64,000 nt of DNA, taken from contig CM059433.1 of NCBI GenBank assembly GCA_030390025.1, forward strand, positions 6,386,001-6,450,000, in the 5' to 3' direction. The DNA comes from Squalus acanthias. Its lineage: Eukaryota. Numbering within the stretch: the first letter of the stretch is position 1; every line of letters begins with the position of its first letter. The translations under genes were made by a program, and so were the position numbers. The notes beneath the pieces were generated by a model that saw only the letters and a program-made list of their open reading frames with translations, was not told where the DNA came from and did not search any database. Below, piece by piece: positions 49,724 through 62,200 of this stretch.

Positions 49724-51658
49724 ATGTATGCTCAAGCTGTCAGGAAATGCATCAACGCCAGATTCATCAGCCGCACTCACAAGACAGTCCAGAATGTCAC
49801 CCGAGCACAACGCAACGCCATCCACGCTCTCAAGACCAACCGCAACATCGTCATCAAACCAGCGGACAAAGGAGGAGCCATCGTCATACAGAACAGAATG
49901 GACTATTGCAAAGAAGCATACCGACAACTGGACAACCAGGAACACTACAGACAGCCACCCACAGATCCGACCAAAGAACACACCCGCCAACTCAATAGAC
50001 TGATCAAGACCTTCGATCCAGACCTTCAAAACATCCTACGCGCTCTCATCCCACGTACTCCCCGCGTAGGAGACTTTTACTGCCTCCCAAAGATACACAA
50101 AGCCAGCACACTCGGACGTCCTATCGTATCAGGCAACGGAACCCTGTGTGAGAACCTCTCTGGGTATGTCGAGGGCATCCTGAAAGCCATCGTACAGGGA
50201 ACCCCCAGCTTCTGTCATGACACTACAGACTTCTTGCAGAAACTCAGCACCCATGGACCAGTTGAACCAGGAACACTCCTCGCCACGATGGACGTATCGG
50301 CACTCTACACCAATATCCCCCACGATGACGGCATCGCTGCGACAGCCTCAGTACTCAACACCAACAACAGCCAATCTCCAGACGCCATCCTACAACTCAT
50401 CCGCTTCATCCTTGACCACAATGTCTTCACCTTCGACAACCAGTTTTTTACCCAAACACACGGAACAGCCATGGGGACCAAATTCGCACCCCAATACGCC
50501 AACATCTTCATGCACAAGTTCGAGCAAGACTTCTTCGCTGCACACGACTTCCAACCAACACTGTACACCAGATACATCGACGACATCTTCTTCCTTTGGA
50601 CCCACGGCGAAGGATCACTGAAAGGACTACACGATAACATCAACAGGTTCCATCCCACCATCAAACTCACCATGGACTACTCCTCAGAATCGGTTTCATT
50701 CTTGGACACACGAATCTCCATCAAAGACAGACGCCTCAGCACTTCACTCTACCGCAAGCCCACGGACAACCTCACGATGCTCCACTTCTCCAGCTTCCAC
50801 CCTTACCACATTAAAGAAGCCATCCCCTATGGACAAGCCCTGCGAATACACAGGATCTGCTCGGACGAGGAGGAACGCGATGGACACCTATGGACACTGA
50901 AAGACGCCCTCGTAAGAACGGGATATGACGCTCGACTCGTCGATCGACAGTTCCGACGGGCCACAGCGAAAAACCGCATAGACCTCCTCAGAAGGCGAAC
51001 ACGGGACACAACCAACAGAGTACCCTACGTCGTCCAGTACTTCCCCGGAGCGGAGAAATTACGCCATGTTCTTCGCAGCCTTCAACATGTCATCGATGAT
51101 GACAAACACCTTGCTAAGGCCATCCCCACGCCTCCACGACTCGCCTTCAAGCAGCCGCCTAACCTCAAAAGTACCATCGTTCGCAGCAAATTACCCAGCT
51201 TTCAGGAGAACAGCGACCACGACACCACACAACCCTGCCACGGCAACCTCTGCAAGACATGCCAGATCATGAACACAGATACCGTCATCACACGTGAGGA
51301 CACTACCCACCAGGTACATGGTACATACTCATGTGACTCGGCCAACGTTGTCTACCTGATACGTTGCAGGAAAGGATGCCCCGGAGCATGGTACATCGAC
51401 GAGACCATGCAGACACTGAGACAACGTATGAACGGACACCGCGCAACAATCGCCAGGCAGGATTGTTGCCTCCCAGTCGGGGAACACTTCAGCAGTCAAG
51501 GACATTCAGCCTCGGATCTGCGGGTTAGCGTTCTCCAAGGCGGCCTTCGAGACACATGACAATGCAAAATCATCGAGCAGAAACTGATAGCCAAGTTCCG
51601 CACCCATGAGGAAGGCCTCAATAGGGATATTGGGTTCATGTCACGCTACAGAACGTGA
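49724..51658 (+). pseudogene. Penelope RT + GIY-YIG endonuclease ORF
   Basis: IKPADKGG, LPKIHK, DVSALYT, GTAMG, RYIDD; Cys linker PCHGNLCKTC; VVY...YID (YIG mutated); premature TGA at 51557, after which the frame continues IEQKLI...GLN. Confidence 0.93.
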
Positions 51659-52211
51659 CTCGACATCGTTGTCTGTCTTTCCAGTTTTTAATTAAAAAAA
51701 ACACCAAAAAAACAAACCCCAAAAAAAACACACAAAAAAAACACTGCAGACAGCAGGATTTGACACGTTGGACCCCCTGTGACACATCTCATTGTCTTGG
51801 CTGTGCTCTTGGTGTGTCTTTGATGTAAGGACACCTTCCCTGAAAGATTGTGGGCTAAAAATTCAGTCGCGCCCCGTTTGGGGCGCACATATCGTCCGGG
51901 CGCAAAAATTAGCGCCTGGTGCTAATTATCGCCACTGACTGGAAACTTCACTTTTAACGCCCCTGGAGGTGATTGGAGCGCTAAATCAGGCACTGCACAC
52001 CTGTCTTAAGGCGCAAAGGCCGAGGAGTGAGGCGCTAACTCAGAGCGCGAGCGCAGCACAGCTGCTGCCAGTTAGCGAGGGAACACAGACACACTGTCGC
52101 CGGCCAGTTCTTAAAGGGGGGGGGGGCGATCTTGCTCCCCAGCCACACCCTGCTCATTGCAGCCTTGAATCTCGGCCTGGAGAGACCTGTGAATCCATTT
52201 TCCAGCCAAGG

Positions 52212-53965
52212 ATGGAGAGGGTGAGAGAACGAGCTCAGCGCTTCACCGAGCGGGCCTTGGATGCTCTGGTTGGCGCGGTGGAGCGCCGAAGAGCAATACT
52301 GTACCCAGAGAGTGGCAAGTGGCCTTTGCCGCGCGACTACAGAAGAGTGTGGAGGGAGGTGGCTCAGCGCGTCTCCTCCAGGAGCATGGTGCCCAGGACC
52401 CATGTCCAATGCCGGAAAAAGTTCAATGACCTCACTCAGGTCGTCAGGGTGAGTGGCTTTTTTGCAATACCTCTCCATCCCTCCATCTCAACCTCACTCT
52501 ATGGCCAGAGGGTCTTAAAACCACAATTAACAACACTCATCCAACACCTATGGCCCTTTCATGAAGCACACACACACATTCCATACTTTGCATACAGTAA
52601 GGGCTATTCACCTATGGGAGGCACATCAGGCAAGACCATGGCTGTATACAGTAAGGGCTATTCACCTATGGGAGGCACATCAGGCAAGACCATGGCTGTA
52701 TATTTACTCAGACGCCGTCCTTTTTCTTGCAGGCCAAGCTGGCGCATAATAGGAGACAGCAGCAACGGACGGGTGGAGGGCGGCCTCAGCTGCAACCCCT
52801 CAGCGATCTGCAGGAGCGCGTCCACAGGATTGTGGCAAGCCGGGTGATCGGTCCCGTCGCCACTGGAGACGCCGACCCCGCTCTGGACAGCAATGGTAAG
52901 GTCATCACCTTTTTGTCCTCTGTCCTTCCACTTGTCCCTCACAACACCAGCCTTTGACACTTTCAATCCAACTAACTCGCTGCACTTTTTCCTCCCTTAC
53001 TGCCACCCTGTCCTCACGCTAAAGCCACTCTTGTACCTCCCTGCTTTCAGATGGTGATTCACCAGCTGAGGAGACGGGCCCTGAAGCTGCCAGTGGGAGT
53101 GAAGCTGCAGCCGAGGAGGAAGAGGAAGCCGGAGCATCAGTGCCACCCTCTCCCGAGGAAGCCCATGCCGACACTGGGAACACGCCTTCCCTGGAGGGGA
53201 GCAGGGGGGAAGGGTCTGATGAGGGTGAAGCTCCAGGACCCAGCGGGCTGCAGCAACGCGATGGGGGTAGGGAAGCTCGGGGGCCTTCTCCCCGCGGAGG
53301 GAGAGTATGCCAGCGAGTCCTGCTGCACTGGACGCAGAGGAGGAGCGGCTGATCGCGGAAATGAACACCCAGGCGGTGGGCATGCACACTGAGCTCATGG
53401 CTGCAGTGGGTAGGGTGCCCGAATGCATTGAAGCACTGGCAAGGAGTGTGGAGCACTTCGCTGCAGCGCAGGCGGATGCGACACTGAAGCTCAGTGCTGC
53501 AATTCAATCTCAGACTGCTCTCATGCAGACTCAGATTGAGGCCACGCGAGTACTGTCTGCTGCCATCCTCGCTGGTTCGTTCACATTTCCCCGGGGCTCC
53601 AGCAGATTGCTCCGGATGCTGAGGTGCTGCCCCGTGGGAGTGCCAGTGTGCCGGTCGAGCAGGGAGTTGCTGTCCTCGCTCAAGATGACAGCATTCCTGC
53701 TGCCACCACTGTCACTTCTCCACTGCAGTTGCCACCGCCTGTAGGACAGACTGCTGCCGCCCATGCAGAGTTGGTGCTGTCTGCAGCCGGGCCCTCCAGG
53801 CCCAGAGCTGGTCGAGGCCGTCCCTCAAGGGCATCTGCATTGTCAGGGCCTGACAGTCAGCAGCCTTCCACCAGCCTTGCTGCAGCCACTGAGGTCCCAT
53901 TGCGGAGGAGCAGTAGGGTAAGAAGGGGGGAAGGGCGCACGGGAAGGAGTTCACCCTCGATGTAG
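52212..53965 (+). pseudogene. Myb/SANT-like gene, exons 52212-52448, 52733-52895, 53051-53965; two frameshifts in exon 3
   Basis: RFTERALDALV...WREVAQRV...RTHVQCRKKFNDL; canonical GT-AG introns in the same phases (0, 1) as 6084-8067. Confidence 0.88.
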
Positions 53966-54276
53966 GAGGTGTGACAAAATGCTGGTCATTTTTTTATTAA
54001 AGGCCGAGGTTCGTGGTCAAACTTTTGTTGAGTGTTTTGCACATGATCTCCAGGTTGTGAGAACCAGTTATGGTAATGACTGTTTTTTTGTGTTTATTTG
54101 TATGAGTTTGTCATGAAGAAATGACACACACAGAGTTTGTAAAATAAATAAGTTTTGGTACTCAAAATATACATGTTTGGTGTTTGGAATCAGTGGTGCC
54201 TTGGCCGGCTTAGGGGTTGCGTGTTGGGTTCATTCATGCTGTTCTCAATGGCAGAAGCCATTTCCACAGCAGGGGC

Positions 54277-54375
54277 CTAGAAGCGGCTTGCTATCAGCCG
54301 CTGACGGACGGCCCTTGCAGTTTCACCATTGTGGGCCGCCCTCACGCCTTGGTGCTGCTGCTGATCATCCTCCTC

Positions 54376-54406
<31 letters not shown>

Positions 54407-55365
54407 GGTGGTGCTCCAAGGCCTGGTGGCATTGGCTGGGTCCTGAGGATTGCCATGTTATGCAGCATGCAGCACACAACTACGATGCTGGAAACTCGCT
54501 CAGGCGAGTACTGCAGGGCTCCTCCAGAATGGTCGAGACAGCGGAACCGTTGCTTGAGCACGCCGATTGTGTGCTCCATGATGTTCCTGGTAGCTTGATG
54601 GCTCTCGTTGTACCGCAGCTCAGCAGGGGTGTTGGGCGTACGGAGCGGTGTCATCAGCCAGGTGCACAGTGGATACCCCTTGTCCCCGAGAAGCCAACCA
54701 ACTGGCTGATGCGGTGCCTCGAAAACTTCTGCCACAGTAGTCTGGCGCAGGATGAAAGCATCGTGGCAGCTGCCAGGATAGTGGGCATTGACAGCGAGTA
54801 TCAGCTGTCTGTGGTCACAGACCAACTGAACATTCAAGGAATGGAACCCCTTTCTGTTCCGGAAATCCTCGGCATTCTCATGCGGAGCACGCAAAGCCAC
54901 ATGCGTGCAGTCAATGGCGCCCTGCACCATGGGGAAGCCCGCTATCCTCGCAAAGCCCAGAGCGCGTTCTTGCTGCTTGTCTGGGGTCATGGGGAAAGAG
55001 ATGAACTCTCGTCTCCTTTTAAAGAGGGCATTTGTGACCTTCCTGATGCAGCAGTGCACCGCGAACTGGGAAATATTGGCGATGTCCCCAACAGCAGATT
55101 GAAATGAGCCAGTAGCATAAAAGTTCAGAGCCACTGTGATCTTCACTGCCACCGACAGAGACGTCCTGGACCTCAGCTGAGGCTGCAGATCTGGCTGCAG
55201 CAGGTGGCAGAGCTCAGTGACCACCTCCTTGCTGAAGCGCAGCCTTCGCAGACACTGCTCCTCAGACATATGAATGTAGGAGAGCTGTTCACGATATACC
55301 CTGGGAGGGTAAGCTCTCCTGTACAGACGCCTGTTGGCCCTCCTCCATCTGGCCATCATTGCCAC
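54277..55365 (-). CDS. Harbinger (HARBI1-like) DDE transposase
   Basis: Uninterrupted 362 aa with IDCTH, NRKGFHSLNVQ, PGSCHD, GDKGY, MEHTIGVLKQRF; probable native ATG at 55439 is offset by one extra base in a G8 run. Confidence 0.93.
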
Positions 55366-56013
55366 TCTCTCTCTGCGTCTCTGTGTCCTCCGATTCAGCT
55401 GGCGCAGGACGACGCCCCCCCCATCAGTGCAGCCCCCATATCTCTAAGCAAGCAAAGTTATGAAGGCCAGATACCAAAGTACCAGCGAAGTTAGGATGAG
55501 TAGCCAAAACTACCTGACACAGCGTTGACTCAATGCAGAAGTCTCTCTTTCTCTCTCTCCGAATCTCTCTCTCTCTCTCAGAACGAATGGTGCAAAAATG
55601 TCCACCACAGAGAAAGACAGGAAGAGGCCCCCTTTAAATAGCGCCCCCCCCCCAGCCCCACAGCGAATGATAGCGTTCCACTCTACCGGTCGTTGGATGC
55701 GCCAGGTGGTAAGGATGGGGGCGCCACTGAAATTCTGCTCCGGGGCGCCACAAGGGCGTTGCACTCTCGTATGACGTCACAATCTGCGCGCGCAAGAGAT
55801 CGCGGCGATAAAGTTTAGCGCCGCCGCTAAATGTCTAGTTAAGTTCCCGAGCGGCGCAAACATCGCTGCGCCCGGGCGCTAGCTGCTTTGCGTCCCATTA
55901 GTGCCCTCTTAAGGCGCTAACGGGAGGCGCAACCAACTGAATTTTTCCCCCTGTATCTCTGCAGTTTCTGTGTTTATATATTGTGAAATATTGTAGATTC
56001 ACTCATTGTAACT

Positions 56014-56051
56014 TTACCTGAGGAAGGGGCGACAGCTCCGAAAGCTTGTAA
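56014..56051 (+). ncRNA. Minimal hammerhead ribozyme motif (family B) in the Neptune pLTR
   Basis: TTAC-CTGAGGA-A-GGGGC(gaca)GCTCC-GAAA-GCT-T-GTAA. Confidence 0.8.
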
Positions 56052-56101
56052 TTTTAAATAAATCTGTTGGACTATAACCTGGTGTTGTGCGACTTCTCAT
56101 T

Positions 56102-56630
56102 TTCATAAATAGAGGTATTGAGTACAAAAGTAGCGAAGTTATGCTGAACCTTTATAAAGCGCTGGTTAGACCACAACTGGAGTATTGCATCCAGTTCTGG
56201 TCACCACACTTTAGGAAGGATGTGAAGGCCCTTGAGAGGGTGCAGAGGAGATTTACCAGAATGGGTCCGGGGATGGAGGATCTTAGCTACAAGGACAGGT
56301 TGGAGAAGCTGGATTTGTTTTCATTAGCGCAAAGGAGGTTGAGGGGTGATTTGATAGAGGTGTACAAGATTATGACTGGTTTGGATAGGCTAGACGGGGA
56401 AAGGCTGTTCCCACTAGTTGATGGTACAAGGACTAGGGGACACAGTGGTGGAAACTGAGACACTCAATGTTTTCAAAGGGAGACTGGATAGGCACTTGAG
56501 GGAAATAAACTTGTAGGGCTACGGGGATAGAGCGGGGGAATGGGACTGACTGGATTGCTCCACAGAGAGCCGGCACGGACTCGATGGGCCGAATGGCCTC
56601 CTTCTGTGCCGTTATAACTCTGTGACTCTA
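56102..56630 (+). mobile_element. CR1 3' fragment (upstream part at ~49650-49686)
   Basis: FINRGIEYKS...LVRPQLEYCIQFWSPH. Confidence 0.9.
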
Positions 56631-57444
56631 TAAAGACCAGCACTGAGTGGTTGGGCCAAATGGCCTGTCTCTGTGCTGTATATTCCATGTAATTCTATAT
56701 AACACTTGGGGTTTCAAACACTGTCTTTTCACTCCTGAGACCAGTGTTCACATCCAGTCCAGACTGATGAGATTAAAACTCACTAACGGCCGGAGGAATC
56801 CCAACTGAAGTGAGCTTCAGCAGTCTCAACTGTTGTGCACATGAAATTCGCAGGGCAGAAATAAAACTGTCACTGAGGGAAGAGGGCTGGTGTGAGAAAT
56901 GGAAATGTTACACGAGTGTAGCGGAGTGGGGCCGATCAAGACATGGCCCGTGGGCCAAATTGGCCCTTTGATTTGGTCGGTGGAGCTCCTGCCGATTCTT
57001 TTCCTCCTTATGTGTTTTCACACAGAGCTGATTTCGACTTCTGCTCTTTGAACTTCCCGGGACCTGGAGGACTGGAGAAGGTTCCTTGCTGATTGGCCAA
57101 TATTAGGTGGCAGTCCTTTTGCACCAATCAGGAATCGGCCTGTACCGGTCCTCCAGGCCCAGAAAGTTTAAAAAGCAGAAGCCTCTGAGTTTTCAAACTT
57201 TGGGGAGGGGAAGGATAGGAAAGAAGGAAGAGAGATGAGGGGGAAGGGAAGGATGGGAGGGAAAGAATGGGTGGGAAGAAGGCGTTGGAGGGGGAAGGTT
57301 TAAATCTTTTGTGCATGAGAGGCTTGGAATTTTTATAAATACAGGTCTCAGAATTTCTGTGTGGGCGAGTCTCATATTTTTTGTGTAAAGTCGGTCTCAG
57401 TTTTTGTTTGAGAGTTTCGCTTTTTGTGTATACGGGGATCTTAA

Positions 57445-58339
57445 GGGGTAAAAATTAGGTCGTGCCCCGTTTGGGGCGCAAATATCGTCTGGACGCAAAT
57501 ATTAGCGCCTGGCGCTAATTATCGGCACTGACTGGAAACTTCACTTTTACCGCCCCGGGAGGTGAGTGGAGCGCTAAATCAGGCGCTGCACAACTGTCTT
57601 AAGGCGCAAAGGCCAAGGAGTGAGGCGCTAACTCAGAGCGCTGGCGAAGCTCATGTAATGTCAGTCAGCAATGGAACACACACACAATGGCATGGGCCAG
57701 TTCTTAAAGGGGATGGTTAATCTTGCTTTCCATCCACATCCTGTTCATTGCAGCCTTGAATCTCGGCCTGGAGAGACTTGCACATCAAATGTGCTGGAAA
57801 GAACAATGGAGAGTACCAGGCAAAGAGCTCAGAGTGCAGCTCCCACAGTCTCTGCTAAATCGATACAAGGAATGGCAAATCAAAATGAACCTGCAAAGTG
57901 CTGCTCAGTACCCAAAACTCCTTCACACAACGTTGAATCTCTCCAGAAGTCTCTCCCTCTCTCTCTCAGAATGCGTAGTTCAAAAATGCCACCAACAATA
58001 AAAGACAGGAAGAGGCCCCCTTTAAATAGCGCCCCGCCCCCAGCCCCACAGCGATTGATAGCGTTCCAGTCTTCTGGTCGTTGGATGCGCCAGGCGGTAA
58101 GACAGGGGGCGCCACTCAATTTCCGCTCCGGGGCGCCACAAGGGCGTTGCACCATGGAATGACGTCACAATCTGCGCGCGCAGGTGGTCGCAGCGGTAAG
58201 TTTTAGCGCCGCCGCACAATCTCTAGTTAAGTTCCCGAGCGGCGCAAACATCGCTGCACCCGGGCGTTAGCGGCTTTGCGCCCCATTAGCGCCCTCTTAA
58301 GGCGCTAACAGGAGGCGCAAACAACTGAATTTTTACCCC
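57445..58339. mobile_element. MITE derived from the 51852-55951 family
   Basis: Perfect TIR GGGGTAAAAATT; TSD TAA; both arms colinear with the parent; both ORFs deleted at ~57835. Confidence 0.95.
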
Positions 58340-58583
58340 TAAATGTTTTGTGTACTGGGGCTCAAATTTCTGCATAGCAATATGTGGCACACTTATTTGA
58401 CACGTGTATCCTGACACCCCCCCCCCCCCCCTCACAACGCCGCCCCCCCCCTGCCTCCCCCCCCCACCCACCAGCTCTAAAAGGACATTCCTTCTGTACA
58501 GGGTGTAGTTCATAGGCTTAGCTTAACAAAACACTGAGGTAGAAATTTGCCTTGGACAGCAGCCCAAACTGTCAATAGAAAAG

Positions 58584-59263
58584 AAAAACAGGCGGAGTGT
58601 AAAACAGGCGGAGTGTAAAACAGGCGGAGTGTAAACAAGGCGGAGTGTAAAACAGGCGGAGTGTAAAACAGGCGGAGTGTAAAACAGGCAGAGTGTAAAA
58701 CGGGCGGAGTGTAAAACAGGCGGAGTGTAAAACAGGCGGAGTGTAAACCAGGCAGACTGTAAAACAGGCGGAGTGTGAAACAGGCGGAGTGTAAAACAGG
58801 CGGAGTGTGAAACAGGCGGAGTGTAAAACAGGCGGAGTGTGAAACAGGTGGAGTGTGAAACAGGCAGAGTGTGAAACAGGCGGAGTGTGAAACAGGCGGA
58901 ATGTAAAACAGGCGGAGTGTAAAACAGGCGGAGTGTAAAACAGGCGGAGTGTAAAACAGGATGAGTGCAAAACAGACGGAGTGTAAAACAGGCGGAGTGT
59001 GAAACAGGCGGAGTGTAAAACAGGCGGAGTGTGAAACAGGCGGAGTGTAAAACAGGCGGAGTGTAAAACAGGCGGAGTGTAAAACAGGCGGAGTGTAAAA
59101 CAAGCGGAGTGTGAAACAGGCAGAGTGTGAAACAGGCGGAGTGTGAAACAGGCAGAGTGTGAAACAGGCGGAGTGTGAAACAGGCGGAGTGTAAAACAGG
59201 CGGAGTGTGAAACAGGCGGAGTGTAAAACAGGCGGAGTGTAAAACAAGCGGAGTGTAAAACAG
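58584..59263 (+). repeat. 16-bp satellite (AAAACAGGCGGAGTGT)n, left block
   Basis: ~42 tandem units. Confidence 0.97.
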
Positions 59264-62200
59264 TGTAGGTACCAACGACATAGGTAGAACTAGGAAAGTG
59301 GTTCTCCTGAGAGAGTATGAGCAGCTAGGGGCTAAATTAAAAAGCAGAACCTCAAGGGTAATAATGTCTGCATTTTTACCTGAGCCACGAGCAAATTGGC
59401 ACAGGGTAAATAAAATTAGAGAGATGAATGTGTGGCTCACAGATGGGTGTGGGAGAAATGGGTTTCAATTCCTGGGGCACTGGCACCAGTACTGGGGAAA
59501 GTGGGATCTGTATCGTTGGGACGGTCTTCACCTGAACCGTGCTGGGACCAGTGTTCTGGCGAGTCGTATAAGTAGGGCGGTAGAGAGGGCTTTAAACTAA
59601 ATATTGGGGGCATGGGATCAAATTTGGGAAGATGTGGTAATTCAAAGATTAGAGACAAGGCAATAGAGAAAGGTATTAATATGGGAAATGATAAACAGAC
59701 CGTGACAGGAAGGGATAGAGAGTACAAATCAACAGATAAGGCTAGAGGTTACAAAAGTAATAAAAGGACAAAACTAAAGGCTCTGCATCTGAATACACGT
59801 AGCATTCGAAACAAAACAGATGAACTGATAGCACAAATAGAAATAAATAAATATGATCTGATAGCTATTACAGAAACATGGCTGTAGGATGACATAGATT
59901 GGGACCTGACTATTGAAGGGAACATGACATTTAGGAAGGACAGGAAGCTAGGAAAAGGTGGAAGGGTGGCTCTGTTAATTAATGATGGTATTAGCACAAT
60001 AGAGAGGGATGACCTAAGTTCAGGAAACCAGGATGTAGAAGCGGTTTGGGTAGGGATGAGAAATAATAAAGGCAAGAAGTCACTTGTGGGAGTGGTGTAC
60101 AGGCCCCCTAACAGTAACCACATGGTAGGATGGAGTATAAAGGAAGAAATAATGGGAGCTTGTCAGAAAGGTATGGCAATAATCATGGGAGATTTTAATC
60201 TGCATATAGACTGGAAAAATCAGATGGGCAAAGGTAGCATAGATGAGGAGTTCATGGAATGTTTTTGGGATAGTTTCTTACAACAGCACATTCTGGAGCC
60301 AACCAGAGAGCAGGCTATACTAGACCTGGTATTGTGCAACGAGATAGGATTAATTAATGACCTCATAGTGAAGGCACCCCTAGGTAGCAGCGATCATAAT
60401 ATGATCGAATTTTACATTCAGTTTGAGAGAGAGGAGAGTGGATCCAAGACTAGTATTTTAAACTTAAATACAGGCAATTATGAGGGCATGAAAGCAGAGC
60501 TAGCTAAAGTGAACTGGCAAATTAGGTTAAGGGATAGGTCAATAGAGTTGCAGTGGCAGACATTTAAGGAGCTATTTCAAAATACACAGAATATATACAT
60601 TCCAATAAGAAAGAAACATTCCAAGGGGAGGACCCACCATCCGTGGTTAACTAAAAAAGTTAAAGATAGTATTAAACTTAAAGAAAAAGCATATAATTGC
60701 GCAAAGACGGGTGGCAGGTCAGAAGATTGGACAGAATATAAAAAACAGCAAAGAATGACTAAAAGATTAATGAGGAGAGAAAAATTAGAGTATGAGAGAA
60801 AGCTAACTAGAAATATAAAAACAGAAAGTAAAAGTTTCTATAGATATTTAAAAAAGAAAAGAGTTAACAAAGTGAGCGTTGGTCCTATAAAAAGTGAGTC
60901 TGGGGAATTAATAATGGAAAATAAGGAGATGGCAGTTGAATTGAACAGGTATTTTGCATCGGTCTTCACTATAGAGGATACAAGTAACATCCCAGAAATA
61001 GCTGTAAATCAGGAAATGGAAGGGAGGGAGGAACTCAAGAAAATTATAATCACCAGGGAAGTGGTACTGAGCAAATTGTTGGAGCTGCGGGCTGACAAGT
61101 CCCCGGGTCCTGATGGACTTCATCCTCGGGTCTTAAAAGAAGTGGCTAGTGAGATAGTTGATGCATTGGTTTTAATTTTCCAAAATTCCCCAGATTCGGG
61201 GAAGGTTCCATTAGATTGGAAAATAGCGAATGTAACTCCTTTATTCAAAAAGGGAGGGAGACAGAAAGCAGGAAACTACAGGCCAGTTAGCTTAACATCT
61301 GTCATAGGGAAGATGTTAGAAGCTATTATTAAAGACGTTATAGCAGGGCATTTAGAAAAGTTCAAAGTAATCAGGCAGAGTCAACATGGTTTTGTGCAAG
61401 GGAAATCATGTTTAACCAATTTATTGGAGTTCTTTGAGGAAGTAACATGTGCTGTGGATAAAGGGGAACCAGTGGATGTACTGTACTTAGATTTCCAGAA
61501 GGCATTTGATAAGGTGCCACATCAAAGGTTATTGCGGAAAATAAAAGCTCATGGTGTAGGGGGTAACATATTGGCATGGATAGAAGATTGGCTACCTAAC
61601 AGGAAACAGAGAGTAGGCATAAATGGGTCATTTTCTGATTGGCAAGATGTAACGAGTGGTGTGCCACAGGGATCAGTGCTGGGGCCTCAACTTTTACAAT
61701 TTATATAAATGACTTGGATGAAGGGACCGAAGGTATGGTTGCTAAATTTGCTGATGTCACAAAGATAGGTAGGAAAGTAAATTGTGAAGAGGACATAAGG
61801 AGGCTACAAAGGGATATAGATAAGTTAAGTGAGTGGGCAAAGATCTGGCAAATGGAGTATAATGTGGGAAAATGTGAAGTTGTCCATTTTGGCAGGAAGA
61901 ATAAAAAAGAAGCATATTATCTAAATGGTGAGAGATTGCAGAGCTCTGAGATGCAGAGGGATCTGGGTGTCCTAGTGCATGAATCGCAAAAGGTTAGTAT
62001 GCAGGTACAGCAAGTAATTAGGAAAGCTAATAGAATGTTATCGTTTATTGCGAGGGGAATTGAATACAAAAGTAGGGAGGTTATGTTTCAGTTATACAGG
62101 GCATTGGTGAGACCACATCTGGAGTACTGTGTACAGTATTGGTCTCCTTATTTAAGGAAGGATGTAAATGCGTTGGAAGCAGTTCAGAGAAGGTTTACTA

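Larger units (their letters stand above)
51852..55951. mobile_element. Near-complete autonomous-type Harbinger transposon (4.1 kb)
   Basis: TIRs GGGCTAAAAATTCAGT / rc GGGGGAAAAATTCAGT; TSD TGT; convergent Myb and transposase genes. Confidence 0.95.
49687..56101 (+). mobile_element. 5'-truncated Penelope-like (Neptune-type) retroelement inserted in a CR1 and interrupted by a Harbinger
   Basis: 15-bp TSD TTCATAAATAGAGGT at 49672-49686 and 56102-56116; inverted pLTR tail CATGATGCGGAG at the 5' junction. Confidence 0.92.

Noticed and set aside
51969..52847. 292-aa unspliced ORF as the Myb protein
   Set aside because: It reads through intron 1; the spliced model from ATG 52212 matches the paralogous exon structure.
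45938..55107. Long antisense ORFs 45938-46846 and 54217-55107
   Set aside because: Shadow frames of GC-rich transposase genes with no recognisable motifs.
54277..55365. Domesticated host HARBI1 gene
   Set aside because: It lies within TIRs and a TSD next to a Myb partner, nested in a retroelement, so it is a transposon copy.
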